A stretch of DNA of 49,196 nucleotides. It comes from an uncultured Oscillibacter sp. (GTDB lineage Bacteria > Bacillota > Clostridia > Oscillospirales > Oscillospiraceae). Shown here in pieces: positions 9,582-20,242 of this stretch. The notes below the pieces were generated by a model. It was not told the DNA's origin. It saw only the letters and a list, made by a program, of their open reading frames with translations, and searched no databases. Position 1 is the first letter of the stretch; each line of letters starts with the position of its first letter. The stretch is from the NCBI GenBank assembly GCA_964593575.1, contig CAZQJD010000001.1, positions 1-49,196 on the forward strand, written 5' to 3'. Both the position numbers and the translations under genes were made by a program.

Positions 9582-10324
9582 CGACGACCAGAGCCTCCTC
9601 TTCGATTTTCACCATCTCTGGACGCAAAGATCAACACATAGCGCAACAGTTGAAGAAGGGACATCAGCAGCGCGGCAACATACGTCAGGGATGCTGCAGT
9701 CAGGACCTTTTTCGCACCGCGCAGCTCTTCTCCGTCCAACAAGCCTTCTCCCTCGATGGTTTCCAGTGCTCGACGGGAAGCGTTAAATTCCACCGGAAGC
9801 GTAACCAGTTGGAACAGTGTCGTCATAGAAAACAATACGATGCCGCCAAAGAAGAGAGTCTGACTGTACAGCAGCATGCCCACCATCATAAGGACAAAAG
9901 AAAACTGAGAGCCAAACTGCGTGACAGGAAGAATGGTGCTGCGCAGACGGATGGGAAAATATCCGTCTGCATACTGTACAGCATGCCCTGCTTCATGTGC
10001 AGCAACGCCTACCGCGGCAATGGTCGCTGCGTTGTAAACATCCTGAGACAGATAGATGGTATTATCCCGGGGATCATAATGATCGGTCAGATTTCCGGAG
10101 ACACCGCAAATATTGACATCATGAACGCCATGGGCACGCAAAACAGACCTGGCAGCCTGTGCACCTGTGATACGGCGGCGATTAGAGCCGTTGCTATACT
10201 TCCGGAAGCTGCCGGAAACTCTGGCTTGTGCCCATACAGAGAGGATAAGCACGGGAATCAGCAGCAGGCAATAGAGATTGTCTGCCAAAAATGCGCCGTA
10301 ACTGGAATAGTAGATATTAGCCAT
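9578..10324 (-). CDS. Putative neutral zinc metallopeptidase (YugP family), membrane-bound
   Basis: LTDHYDP, AAHEAGHA (HExxH), TLPVEFNASRRA. Confidence 0.9.
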   Translation of the reverse strand: MANIYYSSYGAFLADNLYCLLLIPVLILSVWAQARVSGSFRKYSNGSNRRRITGAQAARSVLRAHGVHDVNICGVSGNLTDHYDPRDNTIYLSQDVYNAATIAAVGVAAHEAGHAVQYADGYFPIRLRSTILPVTQFGSQFSFVLMMVGMLLYSQTLFFGGIVLFSMTTLFQLVTLPVEFNASRRALETIEGEGLLDGEELRGAKKVLTAASLTYVAALLMSLLQLLRYVLIFASRDGENRRGGSGRR

Positions 10325-10336
10325 ATGGGAGATACC

Positions 10337-11248
10337 TCAGAAATGAATGGAATGACCCAGCAGATATGCAGACGCAGCCATACGCTTTCCGCCTTCCGCC
10401 TGAAGCTCTGTGATGAACAGGCTCTTACCATCACCACACGCAACCTCGATTCCCCGTTTGTCGGCTGCAAGAATCGTGCCGGGAGCCTTATCTGTAGTAT
10501 GCCCAGCTTCTGTGCGGAAGACCTTGAAGTTATTGCCGTCCAGCTGCGTAGTTGCGCAGGGCCAAGGAATCAGTCCACGCACCTGATTGCGAATCTCTGT
10601 GCAGGAACGCGTCCAATCAATGAGAGACATTTCCCGCGAGAGCATGGACGCATAGGTATGAGAGGCGTGATCCTGCGGGATGCGAACAGCAGTGCCGTTT
10701 TCCAACGTGGGGATCGTTGCAGACAACGCCTCCGCACCAAGTTCGGCAAGCCGCGCCCAGAGAGAAGGTGCGTCTTCTTCGGGATCAATAGGCGTAACAG
10801 CGGTTCGAATCACGTCACCTGCATCCAGCTCTTTTACCATGTACTGGATCGCTACGCCAGTCTCCTTTTCTCCGTTCAGGATCGCCCAGTTGATGGGGGC
10901 AGCGCCGCGATATTTGGGCAGCAGGGATGCATGTACATTGATGCTGCCATATTTCGGTGCGTTCAGGATATCCTCCGGCAGCAGGCGGCCATAAGCGACA
11001 ACGACGATCAGCTCCGGCGCCAGCTCCTGTACGATCCCCAGCGCTTCGCCATCCCGCATTTTCAAGGGCTGGTATACTGCGATCCCCTGAGAAAGAGCAT
11101 ACTCCTTCACCGGAGAAAAGGTGACTTTATTGCGGTTGCGGGGTTTATCCGGCTGGGTAAAAACACCGCAGATCTCGTGCCCGTCCTCCACCAGACGGCG
11201 AAGGGAAACCACTGCGAAGTCCGGTGTGCCCATAAATAAGATCCTCAT
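10337..11248 (-). CDS. fmt: Methionyl-tRNA formyltransferase
   Basis: FMGTPDFA, NVHASLLPKYRGAAPI. Confidence 0.98.
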   Translation of the reverse strand: MRILFMGTPDFAVVSLRRLVEDGHEICGVFTQPDKPRNRNKVTFSPVKEYALSQGIAVYQPLKMRDGEALGIVQELAPELIVVVAYGRLLPEDILNAPKYGSINVHASLLPKYRGAAPINWAILNGEKETGVAIQYMVKELDAGDVIRTAVTPIDPEEDAPSLWARLAELGAEALSATIPTLENGTAVRIPQDHASHTYASMLSREMSLIDWTRSCTEIRNQVRGLIPWPCATTQLDGNNFKVFRTEAGHTTDKAPGTILAADKRGIEVACGDGKSLFITELQAEGGKRMAASAYLLGHSIHF

Positions 11249-11751
11249 TCAGAATCCTCCGCTTCTTCCTCTTCCATATAGGAGCGCAGTTCTTCCTCTG
11301 TCAGGAAGTGATCGATATGTTCCACATACAGATGGCCGTCCAGATGCTCCAGCTCATGGCAGAAGCAACGGGCGGTGATCTCCTCCCCTTCCACCTCAAA
11401 CCAATCGCCAAAGCGGTCCTGGGCACGAACACGGACAGTATAGGGGCGTGTAACAATGCCCCACTTGCCTGGAACGCTGAGGCAGCCCTCCAGACCGGTC
11501 TGTTCGCCGCTCTGGGACACGATCTCGGGGTTGATCAGCTCGATGATCTCGTCAGTATCCTGATCCACCACAATGCACAGGCGGCGCAGGATACCAACCT
11601 GGGGAGCAGCCAGACCTGCGCCATTGGCATCAGCCAGCGTTTCTGCCATATCGTCCAGCAGCTCCCAGAGGCGTTTGTTAAAATCCTTGACGGGACGGCA
11701 AACTTTGCTCAGACACTCGTCCCCCATGGTGGTAATTTTTCTCAATGCCAT
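11245..11751 (-). CDS. def: Peptide deformylase
   Basis: GAGLAAPQVG, EGCLS, HELEHLDG. Confidence 0.98.
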   Translation of the reverse strand: MALRKITTMGDECLSKVCRPVKDFNKRLWELLDDMAETLADANGAGLAAPQVGILRRLCIVVDQDTDEIIELINPEIVSQSGEQTGLEGCLSVPGKWGIVTRPYTVRVRAQDRFGDWFEVEGEEITARCFCHELEHLDGHLYVEHIDHFLTEEELRSYMEEEEAEDSE

Positions 11752-11781
11752 GTTGTTTTCCTCCTCGTATACACTTTGCCT

Positions 11782-14235
11782 TTATTCCATGGCGTTGCAG
11801 TCCGCAAAAACGCTGAGACCGCGGTTTTCCCGCCGTGAGGCAAAGTCCTTCAGCACCCAGGAAACGATCTCCCGGGTGATTTTATCGTTCTTCCCTACCA
11901 GCAGACAGCGGTAGCGGAAACGGTTGTTCACTTTTACAATGGGCGCAGGTGCAGGGCCAAGAACCTCCGGTGCACTGGCGCGCATCTTCGGAATAGAGAC
12001 TGCCTGACGAAGTGCATCCCGCAGTTCAGCAGCAGCTCGCAGAACCCGACCTTCCTCCGTGCCGGAAACCGTAAACGTAATAAGATCCGCAAAAGGCGGA
12101 TAACGGCGAATTCGGCGCAGGCGGATCTCACTTTCGTAAAAGCGGTCATAATTCTGCTCAGCAGCGGCCAGAATCACGTCATTTCCCGGTGTGTAGGTCT
12201 GGATAACGGCACGTCCGGTCTTGCTGCCGCGGCCTGCACGACCCACCACCTGCGTTAGCAGGCTGAAGGTGCGCTCAGCCGCACGATAGTGATCCACGTA
12301 CAAGGAAAGATCCGCAGACAGCACGCCCACAAGAGATACGTTTTCAAAATCCAGCCCCTTAGCCACCATCTGTGTTCCCAGCAGGATCGGTATTTTCTTT
12401 TCCTCAAACTCCCGCAGTACGCTTTCGTGCCCGCCGGAAACAGTGTCGGCATCCATACGCAGGATCTGGACGCCCGGAAACAGCGTACGAAGTTCTTCCT
12501 CTACCTTCTGGGTTCCAATTCCGACACGCTTCATTTTACCGGCACAGATTGGACATTCCTCCAGCACACACTGGGAATGACCGCAGTAGTGGCACATCAA
12601 CCGACCATTGGCAGAATGGTATGTCAGTGGTACGCTGCAGCGCGGACATTCCGGAACATGCCCACATTCTCCGCAAAGCAGCATTCTGCTGCTGCCCCGG
12701 CGATTGAGAAACAGAATGCTCTGTTCACCACGGGAAATGTTATCTTCCAGCTCTCTGCGCAGGGGCTCGCTGATCGTGCCGGAATTTCCACTGCGGATCT
12801 CCTGACGAAGATCTGCTATGGTGACCTTTGGCAGCGTTTTCTCATTGTACCGCTTTCGCAGCAGCAAAGAATGATAGACACCTTCCCGAGCCAGCCACGC
12901 GCTTTGGATGTCCGGTGTAGCAGAACCCAATAACAGAACTGCGTTTTGCTGGGCGCAGAGAAACTTCGCAACATCCCTGGCATGATAACGGGGCGAATTC
13001 TCAGATTGATAGCTGCCCTCCTGTTCCTCATCTAAAATTATGAGTCCAAGATTTTTCAACGGGGAAAATACAGCAGAGCGGGTGCCGAGCACAACATCTA
13101 CCTCTCCCCTGCGGATCCGCTTCCACTGATCATAGCGCTCCGAAAGCTTCAACTCGCTGTGAAGCATGACAACACGGTCTCCAAAGTACGAGCGGAACCG
13201 CCGCATCATCTGCGGTGTCAGAATGATCTCCGGGACCAACACCATAGCGGTACGGCCCTGTGACAGAACACTCTGTACAAGACGGATATATACCTGCGTT
13301 TTTCCACTGCCAGTAACACCCTGCAACAGTGCCGCGGCAGGTTTTCCCTTCCGGGTCAGATCGCAGACAGAACGATATACCTCCTCCTGCTCTTCGTTCA
13401 ATTGGATCGGCTCGCCAGACCCAACGTCTTCAACACGCGGAACTCGCAGATCTTCCTCTTCTGAAAATTGCAGGAGGCCGGTTTTTTCCATACTTTTTAA
13501 TGCAGGCGCAGTTACACCCGTATAGTACTGAATATCTGCAGCAGAAGTGCGCCCGGCAGATACCAGCATCCGCAGCACAGCGCTGCGGGCTGGAGAGCGT
13601 TTTTCACGTCTGGCAGCTTCTTCAAGGGCAGTATCTGCGTCCACAGCCAGCTCTACCATTCTCCGTGTTTTATCACGGACATGCCTAAGCGCTTCCGTTT
13701 CCACGGTCAGCAGTCCCGCTTTACAGAGAGCATTCAGCGTTTCAGCAGTATTGACACCGCATATAGCCTTCAACTGCTCACGATCAGCCGAGCCTCCACA
13801 GCCCTGAATAACGGAGACCATCTGTTCTCCGCCTCGCACTGCAGAAAACCGTGAATCATCCGGTTCCGCCGCCAAAGAATATACTTCCCGCACCTGATAC
13901 CACAGGCCGGTCGGAAGAATGGTTTTCAGCGCATCATACATAGTGCAGAAGCACCGCTGGCGCAAAAAGAACGCCAGAGCGATCCCGTCTGCATCCAGCA
14001 CGGGTTCATCATCCAGAACGGAGAGAATAACCTTCAGCCGGGGCGTTTTTTCGCCGCTTGTACAGGCCAGAACGATTCCCTCCGAGCTACTGTTGCCTCG
14101 CCCGAAGGGAACAGTAACGCGGACACCGGGGCAAACCCCATCTGACAGCGGCTCCGGAATCAGATAGTCATAAGGCTTGTCAATGGAATACGGTGCTGCT
14201 GCCACAACAACACGGGCAATATTCACACGTTCCAT
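11782..14235 (-). CDS. priA: Primosomal protein N' (replication restart helicase)
   Basis: GVTGSGKT, DEEQE, SATP, Cys-rich zinc region, QVVGRAGR. Confidence 0.97.
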   Translation of the reverse strand: MERVNIARVVVAAAPYSIDKPYDYLIPEPLSDGVCPGVRVTVPFGRGNSSSEGIVLACTSGEKTPRLKVILSVLDDEPVLDADGIALAFFLRQRCFCTMYDALKTILPTGLWYQVREVYSLAAEPDDSRFSAVRGGEQMVSVIQGCGGSADREQLKAICGVNTAETLNALCKAGLLTVETEALRHVRDKTRRMVELAVDADTALEEAARREKRSPARSAVLRMLVSAGRTSAADIQYYTGVTAPALKSMEKTGLLQFSEEEDLRVPRVEDVGSGEPIQLNEEQEEVYRSVCDLTRKGKPAAALLQGVTGSGKTQVYIRLVQSVLSQGRTAMVLVPEIILTPQMMRRFRSYFGDRVVMLHSELKLSERYDQWKRIRRGEVDVVLGTRSAVFSPLKNLGLIILDEEQEGSYQSENSPRYHARDVAKFLCAQQNAVLLLGSATPDIQSAWLAREGVYHSLLLRKRYNEKTLPKVTIADLRQEIRSGNSGTISEPLRRELEDNISRGEQSILFLNRRGSSRMLLCGECGHVPECPRCSVPLTYHSANGRLMCHYCGHSQCVLEECPICAGKMKRVGIGTQKVEEELRTLFPGVQILRMDADTVSGGHESVLREFEEKKIPILLGTQMVAKGLDFENVSLVGVLSADLSLYVDHYRAAERTFSLLTQVVGRAGRGSKTGRAVIQTYTPGNDVILAAAEQNYDRFYESEIRLRRIRRYPPFADLITFTVSGTEEGRVLRAAAELRDALRQAVSIPKMRASAPEVLGPAPAPIVKVNNRFRYRCLLVGKNDKITREIVSWVLKDFASRRENRGLSVFADCNAME

Positions 14236-14262
14236 TCACACGCCCCCTTGCAGTGTGTTATC

Positions 14263-14499
14263 TCAGCCAATGGTGAGATCCATGCCGGAGGCATCGATCT
14301 TACCCAGCGCAACTTCATCAATCGCCAGCGTGACGGCTTTTTCTTCCAAACGGGCACCTTCATCCTCAGCGGCTTCGGCAATCTGGCGGGCACGGCGGGC
14401 CACCACATTTACCAGCATATAGCGATTGGGAACATGGGCGCTGAGTTTGCTCATTGCGGGATAAATCATACCCTTCTTTTCGGTTGCAATACTGGACAT
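14263..14499 (-). CDS. rpoZ: RNA polymerase omega subunit
   Basis: MIYP..L…NRYMLVNVVARRARQI; gmk-rpoZ-priA synteny; start trimmed to the RBS-supported ATG. Confidence 0.9.
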   Translation of the reverse strand: MSSIATEKKGMIYPAMSKLSAHVPNRYMLVNVVARRARQIAEAAEDEGARLEEKAVTLAIDEVALGKIDASGMDLTIG

Positions 14500-14565
14500 A
14501 TGTCTTCCTTCCATTCTGCCGGAACTCCGGCTAATATTTCAAAATTCAACAGGTGTAGAATACTT

Positions 14566-15156
14566 TTATGCCAAATTGATCATTCGCTCATCCGGTCTGC
14601 AGTGCTCAGCGGTCATAATGGCACTCAGCTCCCGCACAGCATTCTCCACAGTGTCGTTGATGACAAAATAATCATAGTTATGCGCTTTGAGAACTTCTTC
14701 CTTGGCACGCTGGAGACGTTTTTGGATCTTTGCAGCAGTATCGGTTCCGCGATCGGTCAGTCGGCGTTCCAACTCATCCCAGGATGGCGGCGCAATAAAA
14801 ACGGTAACCGTTTCCGGGCGTTTTGCGCAGACCTGCTCTGCACCCTGAACCTCAATGTCCAGGATCACATCCTTGCCTGCATTCAGTGCCTCGTCCACGT
14901 ATTTTCTGGGTGTTCCATAGGCATTACCAACAAACTCCGCGTATTCCAGAAACTCACCCTTGGCGATCCATTCACGGAATCTATCCATAGTCAAAAAATG
15001 ATAATGAACACCGTCTTCCTCGCCCGGGCGGGGATCACGCGTGGTGGCAGAAACAGAAAAATAGAGATTCGCATTCTGCGCAAACAAAGCACGCAGCACC
15101 GTGCTCTTTCCAACGCCGGAAGGACCGGACACAATAAACAGCTTTCCACTGGACAT
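14566..15156 (-). CDS. gmk: Guanylate kinase
   Basis: SGPSGVGKST, SATTRDPRPGE, YGT. Confidence 0.98.
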   Translation of the reverse strand: MSSGKLFIVSGPSGVGKSTVLRALFAQNANLYFSVSATTRDPRPGEEDGVHYHFLTMDRFREWIAKGEFLEYAEFVGNAYGTPRKYVDEALNAGKDVILDIEVQGAEQVCAKRPETVTVFIAPPSWDELERRLTDRGTDTAAKIQKRLQRAKEEVLKAHNYDYFVINDTVENAVRELSAIMTAEHCRPDERMINLA

Positions 15157-15413
15157 CAGACATCATCCTCCCTTTCCAGTTCTATTTGTAGGCGTCCTGC
15201 GATTTTTTCCGGAGAAAGTGCCGACAGTACAACATGATCGCTGTCCATAATAAATATCGATGCGGTCTTTCTTCCGTAAGTAGCGTCAATGAGCATGCCA
15301 CGCTCTCTGGATTCCTGGATCATTCGTTTGATGGGAGCAGAATCCGGGCTGACAATGGCTACCAGTCGCTCGGCTGACACCAGGTTTCCAAAGCCAATGT
15401 TGATAAACTGCAT
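15156..15413 (-). CDS. remA: DUF370 / RemA family regulator
   Basis: [37 protein letters not shown]. Confidence 0.93.
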   Translation of the reverse strand: MQFINIGFGNLVSAERLVAIVSPDSAPIKRMIQESRERGMLIDATYGRKTASIFIMDSDHVVLSALSPEKIAGRLQIELEREDDV

Positions 15414-15425
15414 ATCCGCCCCGCC

Positions 15426-16304
15426 TTATTCAATATTCTGAACCTGTTCACGGATCTTTTCCACTTCCGCCTTCAGGTTGACAACTACCTGCGCAATGGA
15501 CACATCATTGCACTTGGAGCCGATGGTGTTGGATTCACGGTTCACTTCCTGAATGAGGAAATCCATCTTGCGTCCCATGGGGTCGTCAGAGTGAAGCATT
15601 GTCCGCAGCTGAGCCAGATGGCTGCGCAGGCGGACAGTTTCTTCATCTACAGCGATCTTATCCGCATAAATAGCAGCTTCGGTCAAAATCCGCTGCTCAT
15701 CAATGGTGGTGGACTGCAATACTTCCTGCATACGATTGGTCAGCTTTCGGCGATACTCTGCAACGGTTTCCGGAGAACGCTGCTCCACCTGTGCAGTAAG
15801 CACCTCGATATTGGTCAGACGGCTGTTGATATCGGCAGCCAGCCGCTCGCCTTCCACAGCACGCATATTATTGTAGGCAATCAGCGCTTCCTCCAGCACC
15901 AGGCAGATATCGGCACTGACAGTTTCCAGATCCTCATCCTGTTTTGTAACGACCAGAACATCCGGAAAGCGTGCAATCTGCTCCGGCGTCACTTTGGATT
16001 CGGCGCCAACGATCTCTGCCAGCTCATACAGAGCTGCTGCATATCCGGAAGCAAGATCACGATTAACAGAAACCTTGGCTGTATCCGCGGCAGAAGCATC
16101 CACAGAAATATAAACATCCACCTTGCCGCGAGAGATCGCTTTTTGGACGCAGGTTTTGACAGCATCCTCCGCAAACGTATACATACGCGGCATTTTTACA
16201 GTACAGTCCAGATAACGGTTGTTGACCGATCGCAATTCAACAGTAATGTCGCGCTTATTCAGCATGGCGCGTGCACGGCCATAGCCTGTCATGCTCTTAA
16301 TCAA
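15426..16304 (-). CDS. yicC: YicC/YloC family endoribonuclease
   Basis: SMTGYG, SVNNRYLD, GRKMDFLIQEVNRESNTIGSK, EKIREQVQNIE; TTG start inferred. Confidence 0.95.
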   Translation of the reverse strand: MIKSMTGYGRARAMLNKRDITVELRSVNNRYLDCTVKMPRMYTFAEDAVKTCVQKAISRGKVDVYISVDASAADTAKVSVNRDLASGYAAALYELAEIVGAESKVTPEQIARFPDVLVVTKQDEDLETVSADICLVLEEALIAYNNMRAVEGERLAADINSRLTNIEVLTAQVEQRSPETVAEYRRKLTNRMQEVLQSTTIDEQRILTEAAIYADKIAVDEETVRLRSHLAQLRTMLHSDDPMGRKMDFLIQEVNRESNTIGSKCNDVSIAQVVVNLKAEVEKIREQVQNIE

Positions 16305-16324
16305 TTGATTTCCCTCTCTCTCTG

Positions 16325-16960
16325 TCAAATGCAGCAGACGCGCCAGCCGCAGCTGCTAAACAGCATATAGGTGCAGCACATTCGCATGCAAAGACTGTTG
16401 TCATCACACATATCTGTTCCAAAAACAGAGTTCCCCGGGTGATAAGCGCCCGAAGGTCCGCTCTCCATATAATCCAGCGCCTGCTGATACTCCTGATTAC
16501 CGGGGTCCATCTGGCAAGCGGTGGTATAATACCGCCGCGCTTCATCCATCCAACCGCGGCGGTAACAGACAGCTCCCTTCAGGAAGTTCCATTCCGCATT
16601 GTGATTGTCGTAATTGGCCAACAGCGCTTCAGCCCGGCTGAGATTCCCGGAATTGATAGCTATCCGCACCTGTTGCAGCACCGATGATCCGGTGGAGGAT
16701 TGATTGCCCCAGCTTCTTCGGTCAGAGTATCCGTCATAACCGCTACCGTAACTACCTCCGCGCTGGCCGCCGCTTCTGGACTTGGTGACCTGCTCATAGG
16801 CAGCATTGATCTCCTTCATCTTCTCCTGCGCCAGATCTGCCAACGGGTTATCGTGGTAATTATCAGGATGGTACTTGCGCGCCAGCTGCAAATACGCCTT
16901 TTTTACTTCTTCATCTGTTGCAGTCTCCGGTACACCCAGAATCTGATACGGATCTTTCAT
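16325..16960 (-). CDS. J-domain (DnaJ-like) protein with TPR-like region and Cys-rich tail
   Basis: DPYQILGV…YHPD J-domain; [11 protein letters not shown]-like segment. Confidence 0.85.
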   Translation of the reverse strand: MKDPYQILGVPETATDEEVKKAYLQLARKYHPDNYHDNPLADLAQEKMKEINAAYEQVTKSRSGGQRGGSYGSGYDGYSDRRSWGNQSSTGSSVLQQVRIAINSGNLSRAEALLANYDNHNAEWNFLKGAVCYRRGWMDEARRYYTTACQMDPGNQEYQQALDYMESGPSGAYHPGNSVFGTDMCDDNSLCMRMCCTYMLFSSCGWRVCCI

Positions 16961-17855
16961 TCGGTCTCCTCAACAATCTGTATTTCTTATGTTCCTTCTG
17001 CTGCGTATGAAACGTTCCATCCAGAACAGATCTGCCAACAGCAAACAGGCTGTCATAAATGGTGCGTGCCAGCAGATCGGTCCAAATACCAAAATCCCAA
17101 AGCTCAAAGGCCGTAGCCGCCATGTGGATGGAATGATCCAAAGTCAGCACAAATTGAGGGCGGATCTCGGGTGGTATTCTTCCCTCATTTAGTTTATAAC
17201 GCAGCGCAATGGGATTATAGCTCCCGCTGGCAAGGTCTGTTCTCAAATCGTCCGCTGCATCAATGAGATATACCCAACGCCCCAGATGATAGAGAAGCTG
17301 ATGCAATACCCGACTTTGTACACGATCGGATATCTCATCCGCGGCTGCAGAGAGGATCTTTGCAAACGTGTCTGCCGGCTCGTCCAGTGAAGCGCTGCGT
17401 GCTTCCTCCAGGCGAGCGAGAATCTGCAGTTGGTCGCGTGTGATCGCAGCAAATCGGGGGCGCGCTGCTTCAGCTTTTTTATACGCAGGCCGCAGAACGG
17501 CTGCCAGAATACGATATTTGAGCCCTTTCCAACATCCATGGTCGGCAATACCATCCTGCAACTGCCAATAGGTCAGTATCACGCTCTCATCTGCCGCCAG
17601 ATCCAGCGCATCGCTGCCTGGGCAATGGGGCCGAGGCTTCAACGGACTAACCGGGCAGCGAGACTGACAGGGAGAACACTGCTCACTTGAAGAGAGCAGG
17701 ATGGCAAGATAGGTAAAATCATAGTTCAGTATAAATCTGGACACAAAACCGTAGCGGCGCTGAAGCGTATGACAAAGTCCGCAGTACACCAATCGAAACT
17801 GCTCATACTCTTGCGGTGCAAGATCTTCCGGAGGGGGTAAAATATATCCAAACAT
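16911..17855 (-). CDS. DUF5685-like protein
   Basis: MFGYI…YCGLCHTL…YG…[12 protein letters not shown]; commonly paired with the J-domain gene. Confidence 0.75.
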   Translation of the reverse strand: MFGYILPPPEDLAPQEYEQFRLVYCGLCHTLQRRYGFVSRFILNYDFTYLAILLSSSEQCSPCQSRCPVSPLKPRPHCPGSDALDLAADESVILTYWQLQDGIADHGCWKGLKYRILAAVLRPAYKKAEAARPRFAAITRDQLQILARLEEARSASLDEPADTFAKILSAAADEISDRVQSRVLHQLLYHLGRWVYLIDAADDLRTDLASGSYNPIALRYKLNEGRIPPEIRPQFVLTLDHSIHMAATAFELWDFGIWTDLLARTIYDSLFAVGRSVLDGTFHTQQKEHKKYRLLRRPNERSVSDSGCTGDCNR

Positions 17856-17907
17856 GGTTCAATAAACAGATCATGCAGAACCGGTTCTGAAACCGCTGCA
17901 TTTGGTT

Positions 17908-19266
17908 TTAAGATGTCTGCGTCGTTCCCCGGATATCCACTGGGATTTCTGCGGAAACGTCAGCAGGGGTATCCGGCGTTATGCCAGGCGCCGGATCCTC
18001 AACTACAGGCGGAGGCGGCTCGCTGATATTGACACGAACCTGATACGCGCCAATGATGGCAATATCGCCGCTGCTGTCCAATCGGATCTCAGCAGGGACG
18101 GTATAGTTACCGCTGGCGGAGCTGATATCTCCGAGATCAGCCACCACGGTGATCATTTCCGGCGTAACGGCATTGACATCCACCGACGTGCCGCGAAGCG
18201 TAATCGGGAGAAGAGATGTCAAAACCTTCACAACTTTCCCACTGGGCTGGTTTTCGCAGATAAACTCACCTGCTTCAACCTGCTTGATAGCAAGATCTTT
18301 GAAGGAAAGCTTCAACTCCGCACGAGAAACACCGCTGACATTTTCGCAGCCTTCCGGCAGCGGAATCACATAGTTATAAGTCATGTCGCCATCCAAACTG
18401 GCAAGCACAATAGTGTCCAGCAGGATCTTGTCAACATTAACAAGAACCGCAGCATCACCATACACCGTAATGGAGTTGGGCTCCAGCTTCCAGTTCGTAT
18501 TGGAAAGGCGGCTGCCGACATCTTCAATAAAGTCAATGGTGAGCGGGATTTCTTTGATGACATTGACCGGCATAGTTACCAGCACCTCCTCCGCGGAGAG
18601 GCGGAGATTATGCTCGGTAATGGGCTGATCGTGACGATCGTAAAGAATACACTTCAAGGTTTCGGAAACCGTTTCAGTTGCGTTATCAATATTCAGATTA
18701 ACCTGGGCATAGGAAACTGCGGAGACTTCATCCTCTCTGCCTTGGATCGACAGAATATCCGGATACAGTGAAATCTCGCCGGCGATATGTCCTTCAGCTA
18801 CATTGCCACGGAGATCGTAGCGAATCTCAACTTCCTTCTGCGAAAGCGCTCCAACCTGAATGGTCACCGTGTTGGAGGATGAGACATTCGACAGATTTGA
18901 GGAAAAATAGGAACTGCGGTTTGCATAAACAATGCGGTAGGAAAGATTCTGCTGTCCGGTGGAAAACACACCGGACAGATCAACCTGGATCCGAACAGTC
19001 TCCGGATCCAGATCGGCAATGACAGTACGCGCACCTTCCAGCTTCAGAGTGAGGCTCTCGTCGCTGCCGGGCAGAAGCATCAGGCCCCTGTTGGCCAGCG
19101 TGGTATCCTCGTAAAGATATTCGATGGAAATATCCTTGATAGTGGTATCAGAAAGAGCTGTCTGTGTTTTATCAGCAATTGCCCAAATACCCACTGCAAC
19201 AAAAAAAGCAACGATCCAATAGAGCCAGTTCACTCTGGCGGTGTTGTCATTCTTGCTTTCATTCAT
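17908..19266 (-). CDS. cdaR: CdaR/YbbR-domain diadenylate cyclase regulator
   Basis: N-terminal TM, repeated YbbR-like beta domains, overlaps the cdaA stop. Confidence 0.8.
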   Translation of the reverse strand: MNESKNDNTARVNWLYWIVAFFVAVGIWAIADKTQTALSDTTIKDISIEYLYEDTTLANRGLMLLPGSDESLTLKLEGARTVIADLDPETVRIQVDLSGVFSTGQQNLSYRIVYANRSSYFSSNLSNVSSSNTVTIQVGALSQKEVEIRYDLRGNVAEGHIAGEISLYPDILSIQGREDEVSAVSYAQVNLNIDNATETVSETLKCILYDRHDQPITEHNLRLSAEEVLVTMPVNVIKEIPLTIDFIEDVGSRLSNTNWKLEPNSITVYGDAAVLVNVDKILLDTIVLASLDGDMTYNYVIPLPEGCENVSGVSRAELKLSFKDLAIKQVEAGEFICENQPSGKVVKVLTSLLPITLRGTSVDVNAVTPEMITVVADLGDISSASGNYTVPAEIRLDSSGDIAIIGAYQVRVNISEPPPPVVEDPAPGITPDTPADVSAEIPVDIRGTTQTS

Positions 19267-20158
19267 CTGCACTAACACCGTCCTTTCTGGCGCGTATCCA
19301 CTCAGGAATATTCAGCTTACGCTTATCCTTTTCATTTTCATCCTGCGGCAGCAGCTCGTTCCGCAGAATATTCTCCAGAGTTTCCGGAACCAGATGCCGC
19401 TTTAGCATACCGCCGATAGCAACAGAAATAGATCCTGTTTCCTCCGACACAATGACCACAACAGCATCCGAATTCTCACTCATGCCGATGCCGGCGCGAT
19501 GGCGCATACCGAGATCTCTCGATATATTGACATTTCTGCTCAAGGGCAGCATGCAGCCTGCACTTAGCAGCCGCCCGCCGCGGATAATTGCCGCGCCATC
19601 ATGCATGGGTGCTTTGACAAAGAAAATGTTCTTCAGGAGCTCCTGCGTAACAGATGCATCCAGAATCGTGCCGCTGCGGGCCATGTCATCCAGCCGAATC
19701 TCGCGTTCAAACACGATGAGTGCACCTGTGCGGCTCTTGGACATATCCCTACAGGCCTGAACAGTCTGGCTAACCGTCTGCTCCAGCGTGGGCGTAGTTT
19801 CATTATGGGCAAATATCCCCAGGACATTCAGCTTTTTACTGCCCATCTCTTCCAAAATGCGCCGCAGCTCCGGCTGAAAAAGAATGATCAGTGCCAGAAT
19901 ACCAATATCCACAATGGTGCTGAGAATAAAGCTGATACCGTTCAGATTCAGCAGGGTGACCAGACCCAAAATAACGAAAAAGATGACAACGCCCTTTACA
20001 AGATTTGCAATTCTGGTTGCCTGAACCAGCGTCAGCAGCTTGTAACCGACAAATGTCATGATCAGAATGTCAAGAACATCCGTGACTCGGAGCGTCATCA
20101 AGTAACGCACAGACCAGCCAATCAAATCAGAGAACTGTACAGCCACGCCAACTTGCAC
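19259..20158 (-). CDS. cdaA: Diadenylate cyclase CdaA
   Basis: 3 N-terminal TMs, FQPELRR, HDGA and RHRA motifs; exact start uncertain. Confidence 0.95.
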   Translation of the reverse strand: MQVGVAVQFSDLIGWSVRYLMTLRVTDVLDILIMTFVGYKLLTLVQATRIANLVKGVVIFFVILGLVTLLNLNGISFILSTIVDIGILALIILFQPELRRILEEMGSKKLNVLGIFAHNETTPTLEQTVSQTVQACRDMSKSRTGALIVFEREIRLDDMARSGTILDASVTQELLKNIFFVKAPMHDGAAIIRGGRLLSAGCMLPLSRNVNISRDLGMRHRAGIGMSENSDAVVVIVSEETGSISVAIGGMLKRHLVPETLENILRNELLPQDENEKDKRKLNIPEWIRARKDGVSADE

Positions 20159-20184
20159 TTCCTTCCCAGAATAAGAATCACTTT

Positions 20185-20213
20185 ATTATATAAAAACCAC
20201 GAAAGAAATGCAA
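20185..20213 (-). promoter_or_regulatory. sigmaA promoter for cdaA operon
   Basis: TTGCAT-N17-TATAAT. Confidence 0.7.
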
Positions 20214-20242
20214 GGCAAACCGAGTCAAAATTAACGGACTAT

